In this document: positions 38,321-48,089 of the stretch, piece by piece
Numbering within the stretch: position 1 is the first letter of the stretch
Layout of the letters: the number at the start of each line of letters is the position of its first letter
Assembly: GCA_944389055.1 (NCBI GenBank)
Contig: CALXKY010000001.1
Coordinates: forward strand, 1 to 60,595
Direction of reading: 5' to 3'
Source: an uncultured Spirochaetaceae bacterium
GTDB taxonomy: Bacteria > Spirochaetota > Spirochaetia > Sphaerochaetales > Sphaerochaetaceae
DNA: 60,595 nucleotides
The notes under the pieces: model-generated
The model's database searches: none
Told to the model about the DNA's origin: nothing
The model's input: the letters and a program-made list of their open reading frames with translations, nothing else
Program-made: the position numbers and the translations under genes

Positions 38321-39139
38321 ATGCATTGTGTCGTACCTGAAGCTGAAGAGATCCTGGACAAGGAATTCCCTGTCCTTGACCATGGATTCGTCCGTCTTGT
38401 CGATTATCTCGGTTCCGATCAGCGCATCGTGCAGAGCGCAAGGGTCAGCTATGGGGAGGGAACCAAGACCTACAGGCAGGACAAAGGCCTCATAAACTAT
38501 CTGATGCGCAATGACCATACATCGCCATTCGAGCAGGTTGTATTCACATTCCATGTGAAGATGCCGATCTTCGTGGCAAGGCAGTGGACGCGGCACCGCA
38601 CGGCACGCATGAATGAGATTTCCGGAAGATACTCAGTCCTCAAGGATGAGGTATATATCCCAGCTGCGGAGAACATCGCCATGCAGAGCGATGACAACAA
38701 GCAGGGAAGGGCTCCCGAACCGGTGACGCCGGAGATGGCGGAGCGCATCCAGTCAATCATGAAAGAGGATACTGAACGTGCGTTCTCGAGTTATCATGAG
38801 ATGCTCGATATGGGCATTGCCCGTGAGATCTCACGGATCGATCTTCCGCTTTCGATCTATACGGAGTTCTATTGGGAGATAGACCTCCATAATCTCTTCC
38901 ATTTCCTTAAGCTGAGGCTTGACGGCCATGCACAGTACGAGATCAGGCAGTATGGGATCGTCATGCTTGAGATCGTAAGGAAGGTGTGCCCGATCGCAAC
39001 CGAAGCCTTCGAGAACCACAAGCTCAGCGGCAGGAGCTTCTCCGGACGCGAGGTTGAGGCTATAAAAGCGATGCTCGATGGCAGGGAGTGCCCTCTTGAG
39101 AAGCGTGAGAAGGAAATCTTCCTCGAGAAGCTGAGATAG
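38321..39139 (+). CDS. thyX: FAD-dependent thymidylate synthase
   Basis: ThyX motif RHRTARMNEISGRY. Confidence 0.92.
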   Translation: MHCVVPEAEEILDKEFPVLDHGFVRLVDYLGSDQRIVQSARVSYGEGTKTYRQDKGLINYLMRNDHTSPFEQVVFTFHVKMPIFVARQWTRHRTARMNEISGRYSVLKDEVYIPAAENIAMQSDDNKQGRAPEPVTPEMAERIQSIMKEDTERAFSSYHEMLDMGIAREISRIDLPLSIYTEFYWEIDLHNLFHFLKLRLDGHAQYEIRQYGIVMLEIVRKVCPIATEAFENHKLSGRSFSGREVEAIKAMLDGRECPLEKREKEIFLEKLR

Positions 39140-39206
39140 GGCAGTCTGCCTGTCCTGCATGCGGATGGAGCTGAGGCCTCCGGTCTCTGGCTCCATTATT
39201 CTTTCT

Positions 39207-39557
39207 TCAGGACTCTGATAAGACTTTCCTCTGCCAGCTTCTCTTGCCGCATTCCGGGCAGCGGAGGTAGCGTGTTCGGCCTGCGTGGGGTGAGAGAACC
39301 ATCGCTTTCCTGGAAGGTATATGCCTATGATGGCATTTGCCGCATTCATACCATCCTACAGTTCTCTCGATCTCGAGAGCCATGCAGATTCCGGCAATGA
39401 ACAATGCAAGGGATGCTATGAACACGATCCAGAAGACGGAGATATCCGCAGCAGCGAGAGCTGCGGCTATGATGGAAGCGAGGAAGAATATGGTCAGGAT
39501 GGAAGTGAAGACCATCTCTGCCTTCAGCAGCAGTTTCTCATATTCATGCTCTCTCAT
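39207..39557 (-). CDS. membrane-anchored zinc-ribbon protein, unknown function
   Basis: Two TM helices followed by CGKC...CPEC. Confidence 0.5.
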   Translation of the reverse strand: MREHEYEKLLLKAEMVFTSILTIFFLASIIAAALAAADISVFWIVFIASLALFIAGICMALEIERTVGWYECGKCHHRHIPSRKAMVLSPHAGRTRYLRCPECGKRSWQRKVLSES

Positions 39558-40215
39558 CAGAAGCCTCCTCGATTATGATCCTTGCGATCTTATCTGAATG
39601 GACGATGTAGGACTGATGGTCCTCCCCAGGAAGTATCATCAGCTTGGAATCAGGTATGGACGATGCGATGAATTCGGTATCGCTCCGTTTCACGAGATCC
39701 TTTTCTCCGGCTGTGACCAGTACCGGTACGCTTATGGCCTTCAGTTCCTCCTCCTGGATATGAGGTCCTGAGAGCATGAGATTGATGAGCTTGCTCCTGG
39801 TTCTATGGAAGGCATTCCACGCGCTTATCCTGAACCAGAGCTTCAATGCGCGGGGAGAGGTGTTCGCTCCGCTGACTATCAGAGAACCTGCTGTTCCCGG
39901 ATGCTTTATCTCAAGGAGGAGAGCGGCGATCCCGCCATCTGAGAACCCGAATACAATGGGTTTCCTGATCTTCAGCAGCAGGATGAAGACATTGAGATCC
40001 TCCGCGATGAGATCATACCTGATGTTCCCCATATCCGTGCTCTTTCCGTGGCAGCGCGCGTCGATGCGGTAGACGGTGAAGTGCTTCTCAAGCAGAGGCA
40101 GCGCCTCATCGAATATCGTCATGTCCTCTCCGTTGCCGTGGAGAAGTATGAGAGGCCTTCCTTCTCCTGATACCTCATAATGCAGCTTAAGCGGGCCAAG
40201 ATCGAGAAACATCAT
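39544..40215 (-). CDS. alpha/beta-fold hydrolase
   Basis: LILLHGNGED oxyanion region and nucleophile elbow GFSDGG. Confidence 0.8.
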   Translation of the reverse strand: MMFLDLGPLKLHYEVSGEGRPLILLHGNGEDMTIFDEALPLLEKHFTVYRIDARCHGKSTDMGNIRYDLIAEDLNVFILLLKIRKPIVFGFSDGGIAALLLEIKHPGTAGSLIVSGANTSPRALKLWFRISAWNAFHRTRSKLINLMLSGPHIQEEELKAISVPVLVTAGEKDLVKRSDTEFIASSIPDSKLMILPGEDHQSYIVHSDKIARIIIEEASDERA

Positions 40216-41459
40216 ACCTCCGTCTTCCTGAGCGAAGCGATCTTCGCTTCATAGTGGGCTTTCATATCCCTTTCGAAATCCCTGTCACATGCATACTCCC
40301 GTCCGAGCACAGGTTTCCAGAGCGAGGGATCCTCCATGCAGAGATAGAAGAAGACATTCCTGCGGAATTCCTCCGGGAATGAATCATGGACATGACTGAA
40401 CATCTTCCTTTTCACATCCAGCGGGTATGAGAACTTGCCTGCAGCAGGTGTGAGCTCCATCTCAAGCACCCTGCTTTCATCTCCTCTTTCCCTCAGATGC
40501 TTCAGCACCGATTTTGTGAATGTAAGGGTGCCTATGCCGATCATGCATATATCATCAGGAGAGAACCTCCTGGCAATCTGGGATGCTATCTCGGCATATT
40601 CATCTTCCCACCCTCTGAAATAGACCATCGGATGTATATGGAAACCGACGAGGCTGCCATTGTCCCTGGCTCTTTCAGCATTCTCAAGGCGTTTTCCGAG
40701 CGAAGCAGTGAGATGCTCCTCCTTCTCTATGATCGTCGGAGCATTGAGTGACCATGTGAACACCATGTTCGCCGGATAATGCCTGCTGAACACGTCACGT
40801 GCGGCTTTCGATTTCAGTTCGATCACGATATCAGGATGCTTTTCCGCAAAAGCGGAGAGTGCCGTGAGCGTGCCGAAGTCATCGCCGAACAGAAGGGAGT
40901 CCGATGCCTGTCCTGTGCCTATATGCCACACTTCCGGGCCCGGTTCCAGGGCAAGCAGCTTCTCCTTGAGGCTGCTTACGGCATGTATCTCATTCTCCGA
41001 GTAGAATGCCTGCACTGAACAGTATGAGCAGGAGAATGCGCACTGCTCGATCGGGTCCATCGTCACAAGGCGGCAGCAGCGTGTCTTCTCGCCGTCAACC
41101 GGGCATGGGCAGCGTCCCAGCACGATGCTCTTGTCCGTCATGACGCTCCTGTATTTCGGACGCGGGTGGATGACGGGATTGAAGCCTGCGTAGTCGGTTT
41201 CTCCTGAACGGAGCGCCTCCATATGCGCCCTGAGCTGGGCTATGAAGGCATCGCCTTTCCTGCCATCCTTCCTTGCATCGATCGAGGCAAAATCAGCGGC
41301 AGGTATGAACGAAGGCTCCTTCCATTGCCTCAGGTCAGCTTCGTCCTTCGCTATCTCGAGCTTCTGGCTTTCAGTGAAGCGGTAGCGTGCGAAGAGTGAG
41401 GCGAAAGCCTCCTGCTCCTCCCTGGTGAATGATCCGATCAATTCGCTTAAAGCAGGCAT
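40212..41459 (-). CDS. radical SAM protein of the spore-photoproduct-lyase (SPL) family with an N-terminal extension
   Basis: CAFSCSYC (CxxxCxxC) cluster motif. The overall layout resembles SplB-like DNA repair lyases. Confidence 0.6.
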   Translation of the reverse strand: MPALSELIGSFTREEQEAFASLFARYRFTESQKLEIAKDEADLRQWKEPSFIPAADFASIDARKDGRKGDAFIAQLRAHMEALRSGETDYAGFNPVIHPRPKYRSVMTDKSIVLGRCPCPVDGEKTRCCRLVTMDPIEQCAFSCSYCSVQAFYSENEIHAVSSLKEKLLALEPGPEVWHIGTGQASDSLLFGDDFGTLTALSAFAEKHPDIVIELKSKAARDVFSRHYPANMVFTWSLNAPTIIEKEEHLTASLGKRLENAERARDNGSLVGFHIHPMVYFRGWEDEYAEIASQIARRFSPDDICMIGIGTLTFTKSVLKHLRERGDESRVLEMELTPAAGKFSYPLDVKRKMFSHVHDSFPEEFRRNVFFYLCMEDPSLWKPVLGREYACDRDFERDMKAHYEAKIASLRKTEV

Positions 41460-41477
41460 AGCGTGATTATAGCGTTG

Positions 41478-41491
41478 CCAAAGATGTTTGG
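41478..41491. promoter_or_regulatory. palindrome in the divergent SPL-like/uvrC promoter region
   Basis: CCAAAGATGTTTGG (5-bp arms, 4-nt spacer), 40 nt upstream of the preferred uvrC ATG. Confidence 0.3.
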
Positions 41492-41530
41492 TACAGCTAT
41501 CCTCTCACTATGTCTGAAAGCGCAAGGGAG

Positions 41531-43285
41531 ATGGCAAGGCAGCTTCCGGAGAATCCCGGCTGCTATCTGATGAAGAACAGCGAAGGCACTGTCATATACG
41601 TCGGAAAGGCGAAGAACCTGAAGCGGCGTGTGACTTCATACTTCCTTCCCAACCGCAATGCGAAGACTGCCGCGCTGGTCGAGAAGATCCATACGATCGA
41701 TTATGTGATAACCGGCAATGAATACGAGGCGCTGATCCTCGAGAACAACCTCATAAAGAAATACAACCCTCACTACAACATCCTTCTCAAGGATGGAAAG
41801 AGCTATCCCGTGATACGGATCACGAAGGAGGCATTCCCCCGCATATTCAAGACGCGGCGTGTCGTGAAGGATGGCTCTAAATACTATGGCCCGTATCCCG
41901 ATGGCATGAGGCTCGATACCTATCTGAAGATGGTCGATGACAATTATCCGCTCAGGCATTGCTCGGGACCTCTCAAGCCAAGGAAGACGCCATGTCTCTA
42001 CTACCATATCCATAAATGCGCGGGGCCGTGCATCGGTGCGGTATCCGAGAAGGATTACGGTCATTACGTGAAGCAGGTGGAGGATTTCCTCGAAGGGGAT
42101 GATTCCTCGATGATCAAGCAGGTCGAGCGCGAGATGCAGAAGGCTGCGAAGGAGCTGGATTTCGAGACAGCTGCCCGCAAGCGCGATCAGCTGAAAGCGC
42201 TGACTGTGATGCAGAAGAATCAGATGGTCCAGGATTTCTCCTCAGACAGCCGTGATTACGCAGCAATCGAGATGAGGAGCTATCTCTGCACGATATCGAT
42301 CATGCAGTTCAGGTCCGGACGCCTTATCGGGAAGGCGCTCTACCGTGCAGAATGCCTTGGCGATGAGACGGAGACATTGTTTTCCTTCCTTGTGCAGTAC
42401 TACAGCGACGGGGACACGCTTCCGCAGGAGATCTTCGTATCCTGCGATATCGATACGGAGCTTCTCTCGAGATACTTCAATGATGAGCTGGGGTCTCCCG
42501 TCTATATCTCCGTCCCGAAGGAGGGAAAGCATTTCCGGATTCTCAGGATGGCGGCGGAGAATGCCTCCAGGGATGTTGAGAAGAGGCTCAGGGAGATAGA
42601 CAATACGCCGGCTCTTGAAGCACTGCAGAAGGAGCTCGGGCTTCCTGTGCTGCCGCGTCACATAGAAGGTTTCGATATAGCCCAGCTTTCCGGAAAGTAC
42701 ACAGTTGCATCCCTCATCGTTTTCCGTGATGGCAATCCATCGAACAAGGAGTACCGTCACTTCTCGATGAAGTCACTTGAGGGACGCATCGATGACTTCC
42801 AGTCTATGAGGGAGGCCGTCGGCAGACGTTATCAGAGACTGATGAATGAAGGTTCGGAGATGCCTGATCTCCTGATGGTCGATGGAGGCAAGGGGCAGGT
42901 CAGCGCAGCGCTCGATTCGCTTTCAGCCCTTGGCCTGGATTTCCCCGTCGTAGGGCTTGCGAAAGAGCACGAGGAAATAGTATTCCCGGGAGAGAGGGAA
43001 TCTCTTCTTCTCGATCACAGCGACCCGGGGCTCCGTGTCCTCATAGCTGTCAGGGATGAATGCCATCGCTTTGCGACTTCGTTCAACCAGAGGATGAGAA
43101 GCCGTGAGGCATCATTCTCGCTTCTTGAGTCCATCGAAGGAATCGGACCGCAGCGTTCAAGGCGCATCATGCAGAAATACGGTTCCGTGGAGGCCATCCT
43201 CAGCCTGTCTCCGGAGGAGCTGGCGGCGGGTGCTTCGATTCCCGTACCCGTTGCCGAGCGTGTGCTCCACAAGCTCAATTTCTGA
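41531..43285 (+). CDS. uvrC: excinuclease ABC subunit C
   Basis: GIY-YIG (PGCYLMKN..VIYVGKAKNLKRRVTSYF), UVR domain and C-terminal HhH. ATG 41531 is preceded by AAGGGAG. The track ORF starts at 41510. Confidence 0.92.
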   Translation: MARQLPENPGCYLMKNSEGTVIYVGKAKNLKRRVTSYFLPNRNAKTAALVEKIHTIDYVITGNEYEALILENNLIKKYNPHYNILLKDGKSYPVIRITKEAFPRIFKTRRVVKDGSKYYGPYPDGMRLDTYLKMVDDNYPLRHCSGPLKPRKTPCLYYHIHKCAGPCIGAVSEKDYGHYVKQVEDFLEGDDSSMIKQVEREMQKAAKELDFETAARKRDQLKALTVMQKNQMVQDFSSDSRDYAAIEMRSYLCTISIMQFRSGRLIGKALYRAECLGDETETLFSFLVQYYSDGDTLPQEIFVSCDIDTELLSRYFNDELGSPVYISVPKEGKHFRILRMAAENASRDVEKRLREIDNTPALEALQKELGLPVLPRHIEGFDIAQLSGKYTVASLIVFRDGNPSNKEYRHFSMKSLEGRIDDFQSMREAVGRRYQRLMNEGSEMPDLLMVDGGKGQVSAALDSLSALGLDFPVVGLAKEHEEIVFPGERESLLLDHSDPGLRVLIAVRDECHRFATSFNQRMRSREASFSLLESIEGIGPQRSRRIMQKYGSVEAILSLSPEELAAGASIPVPVAERVLHKLNF

Positions 43286-44342
43286 AGCTGGCGGAGAGCG
43301 GATCTGCGAGGATGTCGATTCCGGACTCCTTTCCCCCGTTCAGGATTATCGTGGCAAGAAGGCAGGAGAATGTTATCCTTATCCATTCCGGACCGGAGTT
43401 CTTGATGCTCTCATCCATTCTGCCCAGGTATCTGATGATTCTCTCCGTATCCTGAAGAGGGTAGGAAGCGGCGGCTTTCCTGAATACAGCCTGATCGCGT
43501 CCCCTGATTCCTTTTGTCGGATAGAAGGACTGGTATGGGGAGAGATAATCCGCTTTCTCGAATGCTTCTTTCTCGCTTTTCCCTTCCTTCCTGAGCAGCT
43601 CAAAGCTTTCGAGCGTCCTGAATTTCGCAGATAGCACCGAAAAGGCACGCACCGCTGCCTGCGAGTCATATGAGAGTATCGATGAGACTATCGTCTCCGC
43701 ATGGGCTATATCCTTCTCCGCGATAGCCTGGAACAGCGTGCTGCCATCCTCCCCGCGGGTCTGGAGCGAGTATCTCGCGATATCATCACGCGTGATCTCC
43801 TTCTTCGCAGGCTCCTTTGATCTGAAGAAGGATGAGATGGAGGCGACGAGATTCTTCATCTCCGCTGTGTTGTTGTCGACGGAGAACAGCACCTCCGATA
43901 CAGCTTCTTCGCCGATTCTGAAGCCTTCCTTCCTGAATGCGTTCCTGATCCAGTCGCGCTTCTGGTTATCGAACATCTCCCAGAATGTCTCCACGGATAC
44001 GCTGCTGTTCTCAGTTATCTTCCGGCTGATTCTCGAGGGCGACTTCTCCGATGATATTATGACGAATTCCGCATCATCCTGCCCGGATGAGAGGAAATCG
44101 ATGATTGCTTTGTCGAATGTATCCTTTGCCGTTCTCAGCTCATACTGCCTGATGATGACGAACCTGAATGATGAGAAGAGCGTCGCCTGTGAAAGCACGG
44201 CATCGAGATCCTCTCCCTTGTCATCTCCGACGTAGATGCTCCGTATCTCTGCATCGGGATGGGCACTGAGCACTTTCTTCTTCTCTTCCTCAAGCCATTC
44301 GGCCTTCAGCCCTTCCTCAGGACCGAGAAGTATATGGTTCAT
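43275..44342 (-). CDS. holA: DNA polymerase III delta subunit
   Basis: 355 aa with the typical ILLGPEEGLK N-terminus. The start overlaps the lexA stop (ATGA). Confidence 0.75.
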   Translation of the reverse strand: MNHILLGPEEGLKAEWLEEEKKKVLSAHPDAEIRSIYVGDDKGEDLDAVLSQATLFSSFRFVIIRQYELRTAKDTFDKAIIDFLSSGQDDAEFVIISSEKSPSRISRKITENSSVSVETFWEMFDNQKRDWIRNAFRKEGFRIGEEAVSEVLFSVDNNTAEMKNLVASISSFFRSKEPAKKEITRDDIARYSLQTRGEDGSTLFQAIAEKDIAHAETIVSSILSYDSQAAVRAFSVLSAKFRTLESFELLRKEGKSEKEAFEKADYLSPYQSFYPTKGIRGRDQAVFRKAAASYPLQDTERIIRYLGRMDESIKNSGPEWIRITFSCLLATIILNGGKESGIDILADPLSASFRN

Positions 44343-44959
44343 GCGCTGTAGTCCCTCCTTATGTGCACAAGCACGCCTGCTGTGATAAGTCCCGTCGCAG
44401 GTACTTTTATGATACCCATGCTGTCGTTCTCGGGCCAGAGCTCGGCATAGAGCTCTCCGATCCTGTGATACCGTCTGAGCTCGAGCGGCGCATCATCGTA
44501 TGAGTAGGAGGCAAGGATTATGTCCCCTTCAGCTGGTGCTTTCCCGGTTTTTGCCATTATAGCGGTATCGCCGGGAAGGATCCCTGCGCCGAGCATCGAT
44601 TCCGATGTGACGCGGAATGCGAATGCGCCTGCTTCCGCTATGAAGCGCGGTACGTAGATCCTGCCGCTGCTCCTTTCCTCTTCGATGTCCCCGGACGAAG
44701 GCTCTGAAGGGAAGAATACTATCGGTATGTTCTCCCTTTCCATGCGCTCGCTGAGCGGGAATGCCAGCGATCTGAGACCTTTGGGGCTCTTCACAAGAAA
44801 GCCCTTGCCGACAAGAACATCGACGGCATCGTGCGCAGCATTCGGCGAGAAGCCGAAGGCGTTCCCGATTTCCCTGAGCGTGGGGGAGCGGCCATATGAT
44901 GAGATGTAAGCTGAGATGTAATCGAGGATCTCACGCTGCCGCTCCGTGAGGCCCTTCAC
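44339..44959 (-). CDS. lexA: LexA-family repressor (S24 peptidase C-terminal domain)
   Basis: LTERQREILDYI...GRSPTLREIG wHTH, an AEAG candidate cleavage site and SESM serine motif. The GTG start overlaps the ptsH stop (GTGA). Confidence 0.8.
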   Translation of the reverse strand: MKGLTERQREILDYISAYISSYGRSPTLREIGNAFGFSPNAAHDAVDVLVGKGFLVKSPKGLRSLAFPLSERMERENIPIVFFPSEPSSGDIEEERSSGRIYVPRFIAEAGAFAFRVTSESMLGAGILPGDTAIMAKTGKAPAEGDIILASYSYDDAPLELRRYHRIGELYAELWPENDSMGIIKVPATGLITAGVLVHIRRDYSA

Positions 44960-45219
44960 TGCTCGAACCTCCTGAGGAAAAGGTCAGCTATTGCCTTCAT
45001 CGCCTCTTCCTCATCAGGTCCGGAGCATGTGCAGAGGATCTTCGTCCGGTACGTCGCCCCGAGCGTGATGACACCCATGATGGATTTGGCGTTTATCTTC
45101 ATATTCTCCTTCTCGAAGAATATGTCCGAACTGAATGATGATGCTGTCTTCGCTATCTCCGAAGCCGGGCGTGCGTGTATTCCGGCCCTGTTGAGGACCT
45201 CGAGTTCCTTAGTTATCAA
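44956..45219 (-). CDS. ptsH: phosphocarrier protein HPr
   Basis: GIHARPAS (His15 site) and NAKSIMGV (Ser46 site). TTG start behind GAAGGAGAG. The track ORF extends to 45303. Confidence 0.88.
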   Translation of the reverse strand: MITKELEVLNRAGIHARPASEIAKTASSFSSDIFFEKENMKINAKSIMGVITLGATYRTKILCTCSGPDEEEAMKAIADLFLRRFEQ

Positions 45220-46216
45220 ATCCGCTCTCTCCTTCGTATCCGATGTCTGCGGTGCTGAAATACATCTTCCTGGCTTCCTCGCTCTCAAGCCACTTGAGGA
45301 CATTCTGGTCGAATTCCCTTGAGGAGTAGTATCCGAGCTTCTTCAGCCTCTCGTTCCTTGCCGCAGTCTCGATGAGTATCGGGACATTCCGCCCAGGCCT
45401 TACGGGGATTACGATCTTCGGTACAGAGATGCCGAGGAACGTGTCGGTAAGCGTATCACCGATCCTGTCATACTGCTTCGCAGAGTCCCATGCTTCGAGG
45501 AATACGGAGAGCTCCACCTGCTTCTTCTCCCTGATGGCTCCGACACCGAAGAGGTTCGTGAGGTTTATTATCCCGAGGCCTCTTATCTCCATGTGATGCG
45601 CAAGCATCGGATTCTCCCCTGATCCAACGAGGAAGGAGTCAGCGATGTTCTTCAGCTTGACCGTATCGTCGCTTATGAGCCTGTGTCCGCGTTCTATGAG
45701 CTCAAGCGCAGTCTCGCTCTTGCCGACACCGCTGTCTCCGGTTATGAGGACGCCGATGCCGTAGACTTCGACAAGGACACCGTGGATTGTCATCGTTGCC
45801 GCGAAAACCTCATCCAGCTGAGAATAAAGCCGCCTTGAGAAATCCGAGGACTCGAGCGGGGTAGTGAGGATCGCCGTCGCATTCTTCTCCGCGAGCTCCA
45901 CGAAATGATCCGATGGCCTGTAGTCACCGATGAAGATGAAGCACGGCACATTGAATGTGAAGAGCTTCTCTATGTTTCCGTATTCATTCTTCTCCTCAAG
46001 CAGGTCTATGTATGACTGCTCGCTTCTTCCTATGAGCTGGATGCTGTCTCCGGAGAAGCTGACGAAGTATCCTGAGAGCGCAAGGCCAGGACGTGCTATC
46101 TTCGCATTCCTTATTGTCCTGGAGAGCCCCGATCTTCCTGCGATGCATGTAAGCTGCAGATGATTGTGCTCCCTCAGATCGAGATCAAGCAGATCAAGAA
46201 CGGTGAATTCCTTCAT
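45209..46216 (-). CDS. hprK: HPr kinase/phosphorylase
   Basis: GDSGVGKSETALEL P-loop and HHMEIRGLGIIN signature. The start (46216 or 46252) is uncertain. Confidence 0.9.
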   Translation of the reverse strand: MKEFTVLDLLDLDLREHNHLQLTCIAGRSGLSRTIRNAKIARPGLALSGYFVSFSGDSIQLIGRSEQSYIDLLEEKNEYGNIEKLFTFNVPCFIFIGDYRPSDHFVELAEKNATAILTTPLESSDFSRRLYSQLDEVFAATMTIHGVLVEVYGIGVLITGDSGVGKSETALELIERGHRLISDDTVKLKNIADSFLVGSGENPMLAHHMEIRGLGIINLTNLFGVGAIREKKQVELSVFLEAWDSAKQYDRIGDTLTDTFLGISVPKIVIPVRPGRNVPILIETAARNERLKKLGYYSSREFDQNVLKWLESEEARKMYFSTADIGYEGESGFDN

Positions 46217-46260
46217 ATCCTGAGTATAGCATCTAAGCGCGGTCTTCTGCATGGCAGAGA

Positions 46261-46287
46261 AAAAAAGGCCGCAGCTAGCGGCTGCGA
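46261..46287 (-). terminator. intrinsic terminator after hpf
   Basis: Stem CGCAGC / GCTGCG followed on the minus strand by seven T (plus-strand A7, 46261-46267). Confidence 0.6.
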
Positions 46288-46308
46288 CCCTGATGAACCC
46301 TGGAAGGA

Positions 46309-46605
46309 TCAGATCTTCATCGTCTTTTCCTTCTCCTTCTTGGCGGCAGCCTGTATCTTGTCAGCGAGGAGCTCTATGCCTTCGTAGAGCTCATATGCAT
46401 CCTGGGAGACTGCCTTTTCCTTCTTCCATGTGAAGTGAAGCGTTGCATCGAGATGGAACCCGATTCCTTTGCTTTCCTTCTTTGCGACGATATCGAGATC
46501 ATGCAGATAGTCATCTGCGAATGAAAGCTTCTTTAGCTTCTTGTCAAGGAATTCCCTGTCTTCATCGGTGGGGGTGAATCCGATTCCTCTGAATGTAAGA
46601 TTCAT
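46309..46605 (-). CDS. hpf: ribosome hibernation factor (short HPF/RaiA, sigma-54 modulation protein family)
   Basis: MNLTFRGIGFTPTDEDREFLDKKLKKL is typical. It lies immediately downstream of rpoN, with AAAAGGAGGAA as RBS. Confidence 0.85.
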   Translation of the reverse strand: MNLTFRGIGFTPTDEDREFLDKKLKKLSFADDYLHDLDIVAKKESKGIGFHLDATLHFTWKKEKAVSQDAYELYEGIELLADKIQAAAKKEKEKTMKI

Positions 46606-46712
46606 AGGCTTCCTCCTTTTGCTTTCTTTATCAGATTGTACACCATCATCATGCATCGCACAAAAGAATATTGACTGTGTTCTTTCTGTTTCGATTGTGA
46701 AGAAGCTGCCAG

Positions 46713-48089
46713 CTATTTCGAGCGTGAGAATGATGAGTCGATATCCAGCTCATGGCGGTATTTGCTTACAGTACGCCTTGCCGCCTTTATTCCCCGCTGG
46801 GCGAGCATGTCGCTTATCTTCTGGTCGGAGAGCGCTTTCCCCGTGGTGTTCTCATCGATGATCGTGCGGATCATCTCTTTGACCGCATTCTTTGAGTAGT
46901 TCGCACCATCCGCCGAGTCAACCGTGCTTGAGAAGAGCGAGCGGATAGGGTAGATGCCGAAATCCGTATCGATGTACTTCGAGGCTGCGATCCTGCTTAC
47001 CGTAGCTTCATGCACTCCGATCTCATCAGCGACATCCTTCATTGTCATTCCCTTGAGGTACAGAGGCCCGCTGAGAAAGAAATCCTTCTGCTTCTCCATC
47101 AGCACAGCGCCTGTCTTCTCAAGCGTCGTTGCCCTTATATCAAGCTGGCTGATCAGGCTGGAAGCAGCGCTGATCTTCTCCTTGATGAACTTCTCGGCTT
47201 CCCTGCCTTCAGGAGATCTGTCGCGGCGGTATTCATCAGCCATGCTGCTGTATGCCGGGTCGATTTCAACGAGCGGAAGCGCATTGCGGTTGAGATGCAT
47301 GCGCAGAATGCCATCCTCGTCCTTCTTTATCGAGAGCTCAGGGACGATGTATGCCTCGTACTCCGAGCCGTACTTGCGTCCGGGGAATGGCGTGAGCGTC
47401 TTCAGGAATGCATAGAGCGCCTGCACTTCCTCGGTGTCGGTCCGGAGATTCCTTGCCACTGCTTCTTCCTTGCCGGCCCTGAGATTCTCCAGCTCATCCG
47501 ATACCATCGATGAGAAGAGCTCCAGCTCCTCGCCCTTCATTCCCCTGGCCTTCGCCTGCAGCACAAGGCTTTCCTTCCAGTCCCTGGCACCGACGCCATC
47601 GGGTTCCATGCTCTGTATCGCTTCCACGGCTTTCCGGGCATATGGCCGCTCGCTTTCCTTCAGCAGCAGCTCCGGTGCGGCAGGCAGGAATCCATTCCTG
47701 TCCAGCGATGTTATGAGCGTCTCAGCCGCTGCCCTTGTGCCGCTGTCCAGATTCATGAGCCCGAGCTCACCGAGAAGATGCTGCTGAAGCGTCTCCCCGC
47801 TGGAAATCATGCCTTCCATCCATCCCGTATCTTCCCTGTCATCCCGGAAAATCGGTGCGTCGTCGGAGAAGCTTTCCCTTCTGTCTGTCTTCTTCCTGTA
47901 TTCGGATGCTATCTCATCGTAAGATGCGGCTCTGTCCTTCACTATGAGCGCGGGATTGGTCTCTGCTTCGTTCCGGATCTTCTCTCTCAGCTCTTCGGTG
48001 GAGAGCGAGAGCGTCTCCATCGTCTGCAGGAGCTGCGTGTTTATCCTGAGTTCCTGCCTGAGCGTAAGATCCAGATTCTGGGATATCAT
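46713..48089 (-). CDS. rpoN: RNA polymerase sigma-54 factor
   Basis: N-terminal LTLRQELRINTQLLQTMETL and a C-terminal RpoN box ARRTVSKYR. Confidence 0.93.
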   Translation of the reverse strand: MISQNLDLTLRQELRINTQLLQTMETLSLSTEELREKIRNEAETNPALIVKDRAASYDEIASEYRKKTDRRESFSDDAPIFRDDREDTGWMEGMISSGETLQQHLLGELGLMNLDSGTRAAAETLITSLDRNGFLPAAPELLLKESERPYARKAVEAIQSMEPDGVGARDWKESLVLQAKARGMKGEELELFSSMVSDELENLRAGKEEAVARNLRTDTEEVQALYAFLKTLTPFPGRKYGSEYEAYIVPELSIKKDEDGILRMHLNRNALPLVEIDPAYSSMADEYRRDRSPEGREAEKFIKEKISAASSLISQLDIRATTLEKTGAVLMEKQKDFFLSGPLYLKGMTMKDVADEIGVHEATVSRIAASKYIDTDFGIYPIRSLFSSTVDSADGANYSKNAVKEMIRTIIDENTTGKALSDQKISDMLAQRGIKAARRTVSKYRHELDIDSSFSRSK

